Part shown: piece by piece, positions 9,786 to 18,539 of the stretch
Position numbering within the stretch: position 1 is the first letter of the stretch
Layout of the letters: every line of letters begins with the position of its first letter
Origin: Dehalococcoidia bacterium
GTDB lineage: Bacteria; Chloroflexota; Dehalococcoidia; Bin125
Direction: 5' to 3'
Assembly (NCBI GenBank): GCA_965215555.1
Contig: OZ244071.1
Span: 1,038,471 to 1,102,470, forward strand
Length of the DNA: 64,000 nt
The notes under the pieces: model-generated
Seen by the model: only the letters and a program-made list of their open reading frames with translations
What the model was told of the DNA's origin: nothing
Database searches by the model: none
Program-made: the position numbers and the translations under genes

Positions 9786-9986
9786 ATGTTGCGAACCGCA
9801 ACCGTTGCCCTGGCACTCATCGCCGCCGCCCTCCTGGGCGGCGCGGTGATGGCTGCCGGTGGCGAAAGCGGGGGCGGCGGACTACACACCGGACAGATCG
9901 TGGCCATCGTGATCGGTATCGCGATGGCAGCGATCCTGGTCGGTCTCTCAGCCGCTTACATCCTGCCCAAACCGCCGAAGTTCTAG
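9786..9986 (+). CDS. Small Gly/Ala-rich membrane protein (2 predicted TM helices)
   Basis: 66 aa: MLRTATVALALIAAALLGGAV...IVAIVIGIAMAAILVGL. Confidence 0.4.
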   Translation: MLRTATVALALIAAALLGGAVMAAGGESGGGGLHTGQIVAIVIGIAMAAILVGLSAAYILPKPPKF

Positions 9987-10011
9987 CCGCTCCGCACGAA
10001 GCGGTTCCGGT

Positions 10012-10034
10012 CCCCTCTCCCTGGGGGAGAGGGC
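10012..10034. terminator. 9-bp GC-rich hairpin (ccctctccc-tgg-gggagaggg) between the small membrane ORF and the methyltransferase
   Basis: Seen directly. No U-tract, so it may be an attenuator or RNA-stability hairpin rather than an intrinsic terminator. Confidence 0.35.
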
Positions 10035-10055
10035 TAGGGTGAGGGGCGCTCGCCC

Positions 10056-10700
10056 ATGACCGACCAACCCACTGACGCCCCCTTTGAAGATGCCCACTTC
10101 CAACGTGTCGACGAGTCCGCCGACACCAACTTCTACGCCCAGCCGAGACTCGTTGCCCACATCGATGACGCGGCGATCGGTGCGCTGCGCGAACATTACT
10201 CCAAGTTCCTACCGAGGCAGGGCCGCCTGCTCGACCTGATGTCGTCGTGGATTTCGCACTACCCCGACGACCTCGAGTCCCAGCGCGTCGCCGGACTGGG
10301 CATGAACGCCGAAGAGTTGGCCGAGAACCCTCAGCTCACCGAGTGGGTCGTTCATGACCTCAACGCTGATCCCATCCTGCCCTACGGCGACGGCGAATTC
10401 GATGTCGTCACTGTCGCCGTCTCTGTCCAATACCTGAAGCAGCCGCTCGATGTCTTCCGGGAGATCGGCCGTGTCCTGCGTCCCGGCGGAGGCTGCATCG
10501 TCTCCTTCTCAAACCGTTGCTTCCCAACCAAAGCCGTCAGTCTCTGGCAAGGAATGGGAGATGAAGGCCACGTGCAGCTCGTCGGGGCCTACTTCCACTA
10601 CTCGGAAGCCTTCGACCCACCCCAGTGGCACGACATCTCCCCCGCCAAGGGCCAAAGCGATCCAATGTACGTCGTCCAGTCGAGGACACCTCAGGCCTGA
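10056..10700 (+). CDS. Class I SAM-dependent methyltransferase (Methyltransf_11-like)
   Basis: VLRPGGGCIVSF motif, and the acidic motif DVVTVAVSVQYL. Confidence 0.7.
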   Translation: MTDQPTDAPFEDAHFQRVDESADTNFYAQPRLVAHIDDAAIGALREHYSKFLPRQGRLLDLMSSWISHYPDDLESQRVAGLGMNAEELAENPQLTEWVVHDLNADPILPYGDGEFDVVTVAVSVQYLKQPLDVFREIGRVLRPGGGCIVSFSNRCFPTKAVSLWQGMGDEGHVQLVGAYFHYSEAFDPPQWHDISPAKGQSDPMYVVQSRTPQA

Positions 10701-10916
10701 TCGCCAGATAGAAGTTGCGACGGCACGTTTGTCAATCTCTAGATCGCGCAGGATGGCAGCGATCGTTCCCGATTTGAGATCGCTGCTGCCCCAGTTGGGA
10801 ATCGTCGCCCGCTTCTGCGTTGCGGGGTTTCGCCAAGTCTCGTGCGAACCTCGTCCCTGCTCGTCAAAATAGCAACCGAGTGCCCGCAGCTTCTTCGTCA
10901 CTTGCCTGTAGTTCAA
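10509..10916 (-). CDS. hicA: HicA-family toxin (mRNA interferase) with an unusual ~70-aa C-terminal extension
   Basis: TTG start; MNYRQVTKKLRALGCYFDEQGRGSHETWRNPATQKRATIPNWGSSDLKSGTIAAILRDLEI is a canonical HicA domain. The ORF continues antisense into the 3' end of the methyltransferase gene. Confidence 0.6.
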   Translation of the reverse strand: MNYRQVTKKLRALGCYFDEQGRGSHETWRNPATQKRATIPNWGSSDLKSGTIAAILRDLEIDKRAVATSIWRSGLRCPRLDDVHWIALALGGGDVVPLGWVEGFRVVEVGPDELHVAFISHSLPETDGFGWEATV

Positions 10917-11120
10917 GCCGACACCAGCAACTCGCCTACCTGAACGATTTCAGGAGGCAGAGGGTCGCCATGCTTGATGTGGGAGGCGATGAACGCCTCG
11001 GCGACACCCTCCCAAAATCCAGAGCGCTTCCTCCGGCGTATCGGCCCATGCGCAACATCCCGGAAGACTGGGCAATTCGGCCAGGAACATCTCCCCGGTG
11101 TCCTCGCACGGTTCCCGCAT
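10913..11120 (-). pseudogene. hicB: hicB antitoxin, frameshifted
   Basis: Frame c gives MREPCEDTGEMFLAELPSLPGCCAWADTPEEALW (HicB/UPF0150 hallmark). Around 11010-11025 it continues in frame a as EGVAEAFIASHIKHGDPLPPEIVQVGELLVSA*. The stop overlaps the hicA TTG start (TTGA). Confidence 0.5.
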
Positions 11121-11303
11121 CGTATAGGCCAGTCGGTATTGCTTGGTAATCCGGACCCTCCTGGACCGATTCTACCAACTTCCCAACCACTTGCCGCAGG
11201 CGCGAATCCTTGGCTCGGCGCCGTGAGCTCTGAAGTGCGTTGTCCAATCGACGACGCATCATTCGCAGAGTTACGATAGATCGCACACTTGACACGCAAG
11301 ACG

Positions 11304-14150
11304 TTACCGACAGAACGACTCTTCGTCGGCAGGCAACCGGAACTCGATGCCCGACACATCCTTGTTGGAGATCGTGATACCTGTCGCACTCTCCCACACC
11401 TTCGTCGGACCTGACCTACGGTAGCGAATGCGACAATCACCGAACTCGGTCCCCACCGACAATCGATACGTACCATTAGTAGTCACCGACATCGAGAACG
11501 ACCCATCTGCACCCGACTCGCCCCCTCCAGAGCCGCTATTGCCTTCAGCGTGGACCCATTCACCAGCGCGCGGGCTTCCATCGGCATTCAGCAACTTGCC
11601 CAGAATGCGGTTTACGCACATGCCCTCGTCAAGTTGCATTCTCAAGCCCGTCAAGTCTACATCCGACACACGCACAAGAGTCGCACTAGCCCACTTACCC
11701 GTAACGCCGTTGTTGCGGTAGTAGACATGGCACCCATCAATCCTGGCAGTTACTCGATATCGACCTGCTTCCGGAGCGGTTATCACAAACGCACCAGAAG
11801 CATCGGTCTGGGTTGAGCTATGAACATTGCCGTTCCCGATCCAAACACTGGTGTTCGTGATGGGAGCGCCGTCGGCTTCCAGCAACGTACCGGCGATCTT
11901 GGTCGAGCACTGTCCAGGGGAAAGCTTAAACACGACCCTCGTGACATCGTCATCGACGGCGAGCCTGGCAGCCTGCTTCTGGATTGGCGTTGTGCTGCCG
12001 CGACGATAGTACGTCCAGCATCCGTTGATCTGGGCTTGGATGAAGTACCGTCCTGAATCCGCGATGGAGATATCGAATGCGCCATCTGCATCAGTATGGT
12101 CTCCAGGTCCCCAGCTAGATTCTGTGCGCACGTTTACCCAGACGTCTGACATCGGCTGTCCGTCGGCATCCAACAGCCTCCCTGAGATGCCCGCCGAGCA
12201 CGCTGTCTCCGATATCACGAAATCGATTCCATCAACGTCCGAATCGGCAATGACGATGTCAGTTGCGTTGTCCCGACTTCCACTCGTCGCCGATTCGTTG
12301 TAGTAGTAGCCGCATTCGTCGATGTACACGCGCATGAGATACACACCCGATACTGGCACAGTGATGGAAAACGTTCCGTCGCTACCGATACGCGCGTTGC
12401 CATTTGCGTAACCGGTATCTACGTTGATCTGTTGGTTGGCTGGCAGCACGTTTCCACGGTCAACCACACGTCCGTTGATCCGCCAGACGCAAGTCTCGTC
12501 TGTTAGTGCCAAGGAGACTCTCTCGACACCTTCCGCTGACGGCGAGAGCAATTCAGCATCTTCCCACTTGTACACGGCCCCGTTGGAGGTGTAATAGACC
12601 GCACACCCACCAAGATCCACACCCCACTGCACTCCGCCGGTCCCTGGCGCTGCCAGCTCGAATTCCCCGTTGCCATCAGTGGACGTCTCGAAGTAGCTGT
12701 GGCCGCCTTCCCCAAGGAGATGCTCGGTCCTCGCCACTATCTTGACATACGGCAACCCTGCGCCTTCGGGTCCGACGACTCGTCCTCGGGCCAAGACCGG
12801 CGCCAACTCTGAGCGCCAAGCTGCAAATTCGCTGTAGAAGTCGTCAACGGAAATCCCAAAGACATCATGAAACGCCGCCTGCCACGGAGGATTGGTTTGC
12901 CAACGACCAAGCGGGCCTAGCGGCTCCGCCAAGAGTGCACGCCAGAAGTCGAGCAGTGATGATAGGCCGCTGCGTATCGCGAGCTGATGCGAAGCGACCG
13001 TGCCAAGGGTGTACTCCCAGCCGTGACTCTCTGGCCTAATTTCAAGGACCTTCAACGGCGGTATATCCTCAGATGCAATATGTTGACGATCTTCCGCCAG
13101 TTCGTTCTTCGCTGTTTTGGTATCGCGGAGCACGAATCTAGCTCTCACCCACTGAGCGTCGCCTTCCACCAGCCAAATGGCGGCGTCTGAGCTGCCCATC
13201 TGGAGCTGTATTGTGTGGTAATACTCATGAGCCAAAATGCGGCGGCCATAGGTATATCCACCATATGCGTCACCTCTGTTATTCCTATGGTCAGATCTCC
13301 ATTGTTCCGCCTTCTGCACAACGTAGCTTTCGTCCGCCCAACCCTCAGAACGGTACCAAGTACGGTGGATACCGTCGGTGTTATGTCCATCCTTCTCCAT
13401 TGCCTCTACCAGTAAGTCAGGATCTGTAGCGATGTACAGGGAGAGCATGGATCCGTCTGGCTGAACACCAAACTCTTCAGCGAACCAATTCATGATGTCA
13501 ATGGAATCCTGGCCGACAGTCGCCTTGATATCCGCCGCAATTTCTCCTGCAAACACGACTGTCGGCATCACCCCAGCGGGCTGGAGCCAGTTGACAGTGC
13601 GTGAGACTTCAACCCAGATTGCGGCGCCTCGCTTCAAAGCCGGCAGAGACTTTGCGGTCGTGGTTTCTGCCGGTGTGTACTCACCACCCTCCCATTCTGC
13701 TCTGACCAACGCGCGACCGATGCCCAGGGCAACACGGTCAATGGCCCAATCGTCAGGTCCCAACCACGTTACGAGATTGCGCCCTCGATGGAGCGTGACT
13801 TTGCCCTTGACCGGCATCATTGGACGGCGCCATTGCACAGCCTCGGTACCGGCCAGCGTGACGATGTATCCCTGACCCGCCAATAGGCTGGCTGGCTCGT
13901 AGAACTGGCCAGTTAACGGCTCCCATGCCGAAACCGATTCAATCGCAGGGAGTCGCTGCTTTACCTGCGCAATCGGCAACGGCTCGCCGAGCCAACCGAC
14001 GAGGTTTTCGCCTGGCTGCAGAGTGACGACGCCCGGATCAACAGGCCCAGTCGTCTCAGTCGTCTCATCCGCCAACAGTGGACCGAGCCCCGCCGCCAAG
14101 CAGGCGACGAGGCCGAGGATTAGCCCAATCAGCAGCCGAGGCAGGCGCAT
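11304..14150 (-). CDS. Large secreted putative zinc metallopeptidase (HExxH...E, peptidase-MA-like) with five C-terminal Cys-bracketed ~95-aa beta-sandwich-type repeats
   Basis: Signal peptide MRLPRLLIGLILGLVACLAAG; duplicated ~65-aa N-terminal module (VTLQPGENLVGWLG / VTLHRGRNLVTWLG); AHEYYHTIQ...LVEGDAQW; repeats C..G.LLDADGQP...TDADGAF...GRY...C.YYR. Lower GC than neighbours. Confidence 0.7.
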   Translation of the reverse strand: MRLPRLLIGLILGLVACLAAGLGPLLADETTETTGPVDPGVVTLQPGENLVGWLGEPLPIAQVKQRLPAIESVSAWEPLTGQFYEPASLLAGQGYIVTLAGTEAVQWRRPMMPVKGKVTLHRGRNLVTWLGPDDWAIDRVALGIGRALVRAEWEGGEYTPAETTTAKSLPALKRGAAIWVEVSRTVNWLQPAGVMPTVVFAGEIAADIKATVGQDSIDIMNWFAEEFGVQPDGSMLSLYIATDPDLLVEAMEKDGHNTDGIHRTWYRSEGWADESYVVQKAEQWRSDHRNNRGDAYGGYTYGRRILAHEYYHTIQLQMGSSDAAIWLVEGDAQWVRARFVLRDTKTAKNELAEDRQHIASEDIPPLKVLEIRPESHGWEYTLGTVASHQLAIRSGLSSLLDFWRALLAEPLGPLGRWQTNPPWQAAFHDVFGISVDDFYSEFAAWRSELAPVLARGRVVGPEGAGLPYVKIVARTEHLLGEGGHSYFETSTDGNGEFELAAPGTGGVQWGVDLGGCAVYYTSNGAVYKWEDAELLSPSAEGVERVSLALTDETCVWRINGRVVDRGNVLPANQQINVDTGYANGNARIGSDGTFSITVPVSGVYLMRVYIDECGYYYNESATSGSRDNATDIVIADSDVDGIDFVISETACSAGISGRLLDADGQPMSDVWVNVRTESSWGPGDHTDADGAFDISIADSGRYFIQAQINGCWTYYRRGSTTPIQKQAARLAVDDDVTRVVFKLSPGQCSTKIAGTLLEADGAPITNTSVWIGNGNVHSSTQTDASGAFVITAPEAGRYRVTARIDGCHVYYRNNGVTGKWASATLVRVSDVDLTGLRMQLDEGMCVNRILGKLLNADGSPRAGEWVHAEGNSGSGGGESGADGSFSMSVTTNGTYRLSVGTEFGDCRIRYRRSGPTKVWESATGITISNKDVSGIEFRLPADEESFCR

Positions 14151-14153
14151 CGT

Positions 14154-15095
14154 CTAGCGGAACTCGGGGATGACCGTCTCTGCGAACATCTGGGCTGGTT
14201 CGATGGTGTCTCGGCCGAAGAATTCGATCATGAACATGTCGCAGCCGAGCTCGACGTGCTTTTCGATTCTCTCTTTGATCATCGACGGCGTGCCCGTGAG
14301 GGCCATGTCGCCGGCCGGGTTGCCCATGTGACCACCGAAGATCTTCTGGGCTCGTTCGACCATCGGACCGACCTTGGCGTCGTCCTCGACGATTGTGACC
14401 AGACACTGTTGCGAGACGCGCAGTTCGGACGGGTCGCGACCCAGTGCCTTGGCGTGGCCGTGCAGGACCGAGACTTTGTGCTCGAGGTCGTCCTGGGCGC
14501 CGGCCGAGTTGTTCCAGATGTCGGCGTACTGCGCGGCGATGCGCATCGTCACTTTCTCGCCGCCGCCGCCAACGAGGATCGGCATGTCGCGCGGCGGCTT
14601 GGGCTGCGTGACGAGGTTCTCGGTGTGGAAGAACTCGCCCTCGAAGGAGAACTCGTCCTGATCGGCGTCAAACATGCCCTTGAAGATTTGCAGGCCCTCT
14701 TCGAGCTGGCGCAGTCGGTCGCGGGTGCTGACGAAGGGCATGCCGAAGTCGGTGAACTCGCGGGGCATCCAACCGGAGCCGAAGCCAGGGATCACGCGCC
14801 CGCCGGCGATGTTGTCGACGGTGGCGATCATCTTGCCGGTGTGGGCCGGGTTGCGCATACCGACAGGCGTCACCAGCGTGCCGATTTCGGGCTTCTCGGT
14901 CGCTGCGGCGATGCCGGCTGCCAGGGTCCACGCCTCGAGCATCGGAATCGCAGGCGACTGCGGACCGTAAAGATGGTCGTTGACCCAGAGCGAGTCGAAA
15001 CCCATCTCCTCAAAGGCCAGGGACGCGCGCCGAGTCTCTTGCCAGGTGCGCTTGATCTGCGGAACCATCACGCCAAAGTGAGGGCTGTTGGTCAT
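14154..15095 (-). CDS. LLM-class F420-dependent oxidoreductase (luciferase-like monooxygenase family)
   Basis: 313 aa; TIM-barrel LLM blocks (FDSLWVNDHL, GFGSGW). AGAGGA RBS. Stop TAG is 1 nt before the ATG of 11304-14150. Confidence 0.75.
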   Translation of the reverse strand: MTNSPHFGVMVPQIKRTWQETRRASLAFEEMGFDSLWVNDHLYGPQSPAIPMLEAWTLAAGIAAATEKPEIGTLVTPVGMRNPAHTGKMIATVDNIAGGRVIPGFGSGWMPREFTDFGMPFVSTRDRLRQLEEGLQIFKGMFDADQDEFSFEGEFFHTENLVTQPKPPRDMPILVGGGGEKVTMRIAAQYADIWNNSAGAQDDLEHKVSVLHGHAKALGRDPSELRVSQQCLVTIVEDDAKVGPMVERAQKIFGGHMGNPAGDMALTGTPSMIKERIEKHVELGCDMFMIEFFGRDTIEPAQMFAETVIPEFR

Positions 15096-15157
15096 CGGAA
15101 TGTCCTCTCATAAGTCGGTGCAATATCCACAGGCTAGCGCAGCCCTCGCGAGTCGAC

Positions 15158-17530
15158 CTACTCACACAGATTTTCGTAGACCCACTCAATCCCGGTCACA
15201 TCGGCACCTGCGATCGTGATCTTGTCACTAGTGCTGGGAGCCAATGTCGAGTCTCCAGCCTGACGCCGAAAGACATTGCAACCATCTTGCCACGCATACA
15301 ACCAATACTCTCCATTTGTAGGAACAAGAAACCCAAAATGGCCATCCGAATCTGTCATCATAGAATCTAGGCTCTCACTACCACCACTCACAGCAACCAA
15401 TACCTGTCCTCTGGGATTGCCTCCACGATCTAGTACCCTACCTTGCAGCCGCCATGCGCACAAGTCTTTCGGTATACTCACCTGAAGCCCTATCAGCTCT
15501 ACTCCAAGGGGAAACCATCTGCTATCACTTTGAGACACGATCAGTCCATGGTCACCAACCCAAGCATAACATCCAGCACCTCCACCGGCTGCGTCGCCAA
15601 GGTCCACTCTCACTTGGTAGCGACTGCCAGCCGTCGCCCAATGTGTAAAGGGTTGTCCGCAACTCTGTTGCACTCCATGACCATTTCCGCTTTCGGCTAC
15701 CAGAAGTACAGCAAAATACTCGTTGCAATAGTCGGATGCCTCGTCTCGCACTACGGTGACTGTTAATCCCCCCATGCAGGCACCGTGTGGGAGTTCCAGA
15801 TTCAGTCGAGTCGGCTTCGCCACACTCACGTAACGAACTTCGTTTGCACTAGGAATGTCAGTCCTTAGGCCATCGCGGGAGAGATATAACCTGCAAGCGT
15901 CCCCCCGTGCTACCTGTATCCTTTGGCTTATGTTGGGCGGCACACGCAGCATAAACGAACCGTCATCTTCAACTCGTGCACTGTAGACAATTGATCCTTC
16001 CACCCACTTACCATTCTTGTAGTGGAGAGCCTCAACGACAAAATCTGTCGCAGGAAGGTCACTGTCATAGGTCAGGCGGCCAAGCAACACCGCTTTGTCC
16101 CACTCTTCAGGAAGTGGGTTTCGCCATGTTCTATGCCACTTTTCGAACTCGCTATAGAAGTTGGTCAACGTCAGGCCGAAAACACTAGCAAAGGTGTCTT
16201 GCTGAGGAATCCTGTACGCTGGGAGATCATCCGCTCCCAGACTCTGCGGATAGCTTTGTCGGAAGTACTCGACAATTGAATCGAAACTACTGAGTTCCAC
16301 TAGTCGATCGACGGCTAGAAGGCCGAGAGAATATTCATAGTTCTTGTTCCTTTGCCAGTCGACCATCGGCAATGTAACATGAGGGCTCCTGGCAGCATCA
16401 AGCGGGAAACTTCGGCTCGCCTGAAATGAGATGCTGCCGTCAGCAACGGCCAGCCCATACCCACTCCACTCTGCTGAGCCTTCAATCATCCAAAATGGAC
16501 GAGCAGAGTCGTTGTAACTCAATTGGAATTGTAGCGTGTGAAACAATTCATGGGCAAAGACAGGCACATTGAGAGAGTCGTCAAGTTGACCACCACACCA
16601 TGACGAGCCATCGCAGATGGACATTGTTACGCCTCCGCCCCCACCGAGGATGGGATTGTTTATGAGGCTGCGGCGGAGCGTGTCCCGATTAGAATAATAT
16701 TGGAAGTTTGAAACGTAGTACTCTACTGCCGCGTTTAGGTCATTCCACAACGTAAGTCTTGTGTTTGCGAAGTCGGTCTCGACCCCGTAAGTGGAGGCAA
16801 AATAGTCAATGACGCGGAGGATGTCGCTCGATATTCTCTCCTTCAGCGGCAAGGAAAAGTCCCCAATCCACACCACCTCCGGCATCATCCCAGTCGGCTG
16901 CAGCCAGCGTAGGTCCCTATTGACCGTGACCCGCAGCGCGTCGCCCCGACGCAGGGTGGACTGCCCGCTTAGCGGCTCGATCGCCACGGAGATGTTGTCG
17001 TTGGGCTGATAGACGATGCCGCGTTCCTCGACCTCGATGCTGACCAGTGACGTGCCGATCCCGCGCGCGACCTGGTCAAGCGGCCATTCGTCGCGACCGT
17101 TCCACGCGACCCAATTGACACCCGAATAGAGCGTCACCATTCCCTTGGCCGGCGTCAGTGAGCGCTCCCACTTGACCGTTTTGCGGCCCTCAATGCGAAT
17201 CCTCGCGGACATACCCGGGTCGAGCCGCTCGAGCGTGCCACCGACGTCGCGGATGGCGTGGCGATACGTTCGCGAGTCCGCATTCCAGGTGTAGATCAGC
17301 GTCGCGGCAGAGATCTGCTCGAAGATGTCAGCAACCGCGATCGGCTCGGCGACCCAGCCGACGAAGTTGTCGCCGGGATGCAATTCCAGGGTCTCGGTCG
17401 GTGCGTCAGCAGCACGAGCGTCGGAAGGGAAGAGACCCAATGCCAGCAGAACAGCGGCCGTGGCCAGCAGTCCAATCAGCAGCTTCGGCCTACTGACGAG
17501 CCGAAGTCGGGAGGGGAACGGAAGGGGCAT
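15158..17530 (-). CDS. Paralogous secreted putative zinc metallopeptidase (HExxH...E) with C-terminal Cys-bracketed repeats
   Basis: Start at MPLPFPSRLRLVSRPKLLIGLLATAAVLLALG (17530, AGGA RBS). Same N-terminal module (LELHPGDNFVGWV / VTLYSGVNWVAWNG), AHELFHTLQ...MIEGSAEW, and three C-terminal repeats ending in C..F.R. Distinctly AT-richer. Confidence 0.7.
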   Translation of the reverse strand: MPLPFPSRLRLVSRPKLLIGLLATAAVLLALGLFPSDARAADAPTETLELHPGDNFVGWVAEPIAVADIFEQISAATLIYTWNADSRTYRHAIRDVGGTLERLDPGMSARIRIEGRKTVKWERSLTPAKGMVTLYSGVNWVAWNGRDEWPLDQVARGIGTSLVSIEVEERGIVYQPNDNISVAIEPLSGQSTLRRGDALRVTVNRDLRWLQPTGMMPEVVWIGDFSLPLKERISSDILRVIDYFASTYGVETDFANTRLTLWNDLNAAVEYYVSNFQYYSNRDTLRRSLINNPILGGGGGVTMSICDGSSWCGGQLDDSLNVPVFAHELFHTLQFQLSYNDSARPFWMIEGSAEWSGYGLAVADGSISFQASRSFPLDAARSPHVTLPMVDWQRNKNYEYSLGLLAVDRLVELSSFDSIVEYFRQSYPQSLGADDLPAYRIPQQDTFASVFGLTLTNFYSEFEKWHRTWRNPLPEEWDKAVLLGRLTYDSDLPATDFVVEALHYKNGKWVEGSIVYSARVEDDGSFMLRVPPNISQRIQVARGDACRLYLSRDGLRTDIPSANEVRYVSVAKPTRLNLELPHGACMGGLTVTVVRDEASDYCNEYFAVLLVAESGNGHGVQQSCGQPFTHWATAGSRYQVRVDLGDAAGGGAGCYAWVGDHGLIVSQSDSRWFPLGVELIGLQVSIPKDLCAWRLQGRVLDRGGNPRGQVLVAVSGGSESLDSMMTDSDGHFGFLVPTNGEYWLYAWQDGCNVFRRQAGDSTLAPSTSDKITIAGADVTGIEWVYENLCE

Positions 17531-17601
17531 CGAACATCCTGTCGGTCTAACTAACGCGGGCAGGCTAGACCGACAGAACACGCCTACTTGACAGAACGAC
17601 C

Positions 17602-17862
17602 TTAGTCAGCGGCCTCAACACTCGTCTCGGCCCGACGCGCCGCCTCAGCATCCGCCTTCTCCAACGCCGCTTGTTTGATGAAGCGGCCAAGCGGTATCTC
17701 CCGCCTGGAGCTCCTCGCCTTCAGCCGAGCCATCTCTTCGCGACTGAACGTGATTTCCATTCCAAATCGACCAGGTCCCTGATCGGCCGGATCGTAAGGA
17801 ATCTCCTCTGCCTCAAGTATTGGCGGGCTCATCACATGGACTGGTCGCTCGGACTCGGTCAT
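17602..17862 (-). CDS. BrnA-like ribbon-helix-helix antitoxin
   Basis: ...MEITFSREEMARLKARSS...RFIKQAALEKA; start overlaps the upstream toxin stop. Confidence 0.55.
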   Translation of the reverse strand: MTESERPVHVMSPPILEAEEIPYDPADQGPGRFGMEITFSREEMARLKARSSRREIPLGRFIKQAALEKADAEAARRAETSVEAAD

Positions 17863-18215
17863 CAGGTTCGCATCCTTCCACCGGGTTGATTGTATCGCGT
17901 TTGATCAGTGCGGTTTGCCTGCCACCCAGTGACCACTCTCGATTCACCATATCCGTCTGGCAAGGCAAGGATGAACGTCAAGAGACGCCCTCCAAAATCA
18001 GGACCAATCATCACAACTCGAGCCGGCTGCTTCCACGGCAGACCGAATTCATCAACCTCTTGCCGCTCGCGCTGCTCGAAGTATTTTGCCTGCCCTAACC
18101 ACACTTCCACGGCGTCAGAAAAATCTAGTCGATGACGCCAGAGATGCTCATCTAAGCGGTCGCTGCCGTTCAGCCCATGCTCAGGAATCTGAACCATGTC
18201 GAGGAACTTACCCAA
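17862..18215 (-). CDS. BrnT-like (DUF497) ribonuclease toxin
   Basis: ...DEHLWRHRLDFSDAVEV..GQAKYF...GRLLTFIL...VVTGW...TRYNQPGGRMR. Start may be the internal MVQIPEHG. Confidence 0.55.
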   Translation of the reverse strand: MGKFLDMVQIPEHGLNGSDRLDEHLWRHRLDFSDAVEVWLGQAKYFEQRERQEVDEFGLPWKQPARVVMIGPDFGGRLLTFILALPDGYGESRVVTGWQANRTDQTRYNQPGGRMRT

Positions 18216-18275
18216 TACACAACGGCGCCGCGCCTCAGCGGTCAGACCCTCTGCTGAATCAGTACTGGCGTGCGC

Positions 18276-18539
18276 TCAGTCGGCAGCTTCCACAGACTGA
18301 TCGGCTTGTTGATCGGCGTGCTGCCTCGCCTGGGCCTCTGCCTTCTCCAACGCCGCCTGCTTGATGAAGCGAATCAGTGGACCGCGAGGATGTCTCGTCT
18401 TGAGTCGGTTGATCTCGTCCCGATCGAACTCGATCTCAAGACGCATGACCCCAGGACCCTTCTTGGCTGGGTCATAGGGAATCTCTTCCAGATCGTCGAT
18501 TGGCGTATCAATGTGGACCGGAGATCGTCGTGTGGTCAT
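18276..18539 (-). CDS. BrnA-like RHH antitoxin (second copy)
   Basis: MTTRRSPVHIDTPIDDLEEIPYDPAKKGPGVMRLEIEFDRDEINRLK...RFIKQAALEKAEA. Start chosen at 18539, overlapping the toxin stop. Confidence 0.55.
   Translation of the reverse strand: MTTRRSPVHIDTPIDDLEEIPYDPAKKGPGVMRLEIEFDRDEINRLKTRHPRGPLIRFIKQAALEKAEAQARQHADQQADQSVEAAD

Noticed and set aside
9990-10050. Protein-coding potential of the ...LALSPRERGPEP... frame (minus ORF 9948-10196)
   Set aside because: Arises from the GC-rich hairpin ccctctccc/gggagaggg. It overlaps the start of the methyltransferase gene antisense and has no start or RBS context.
10913-11476. 187-aa minus-strand ORF as a real protein
   Set aside because: Only its last ~33 codons are meaningful (HicB C-terminus). 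The remainder is an open noise frame; the HicB N-terminus is in a different frame.
14256-15113. 285-aa plus-strand ORF
   Set aside because: Antisense shadow of the LLM F420 oxidoreductase gene.
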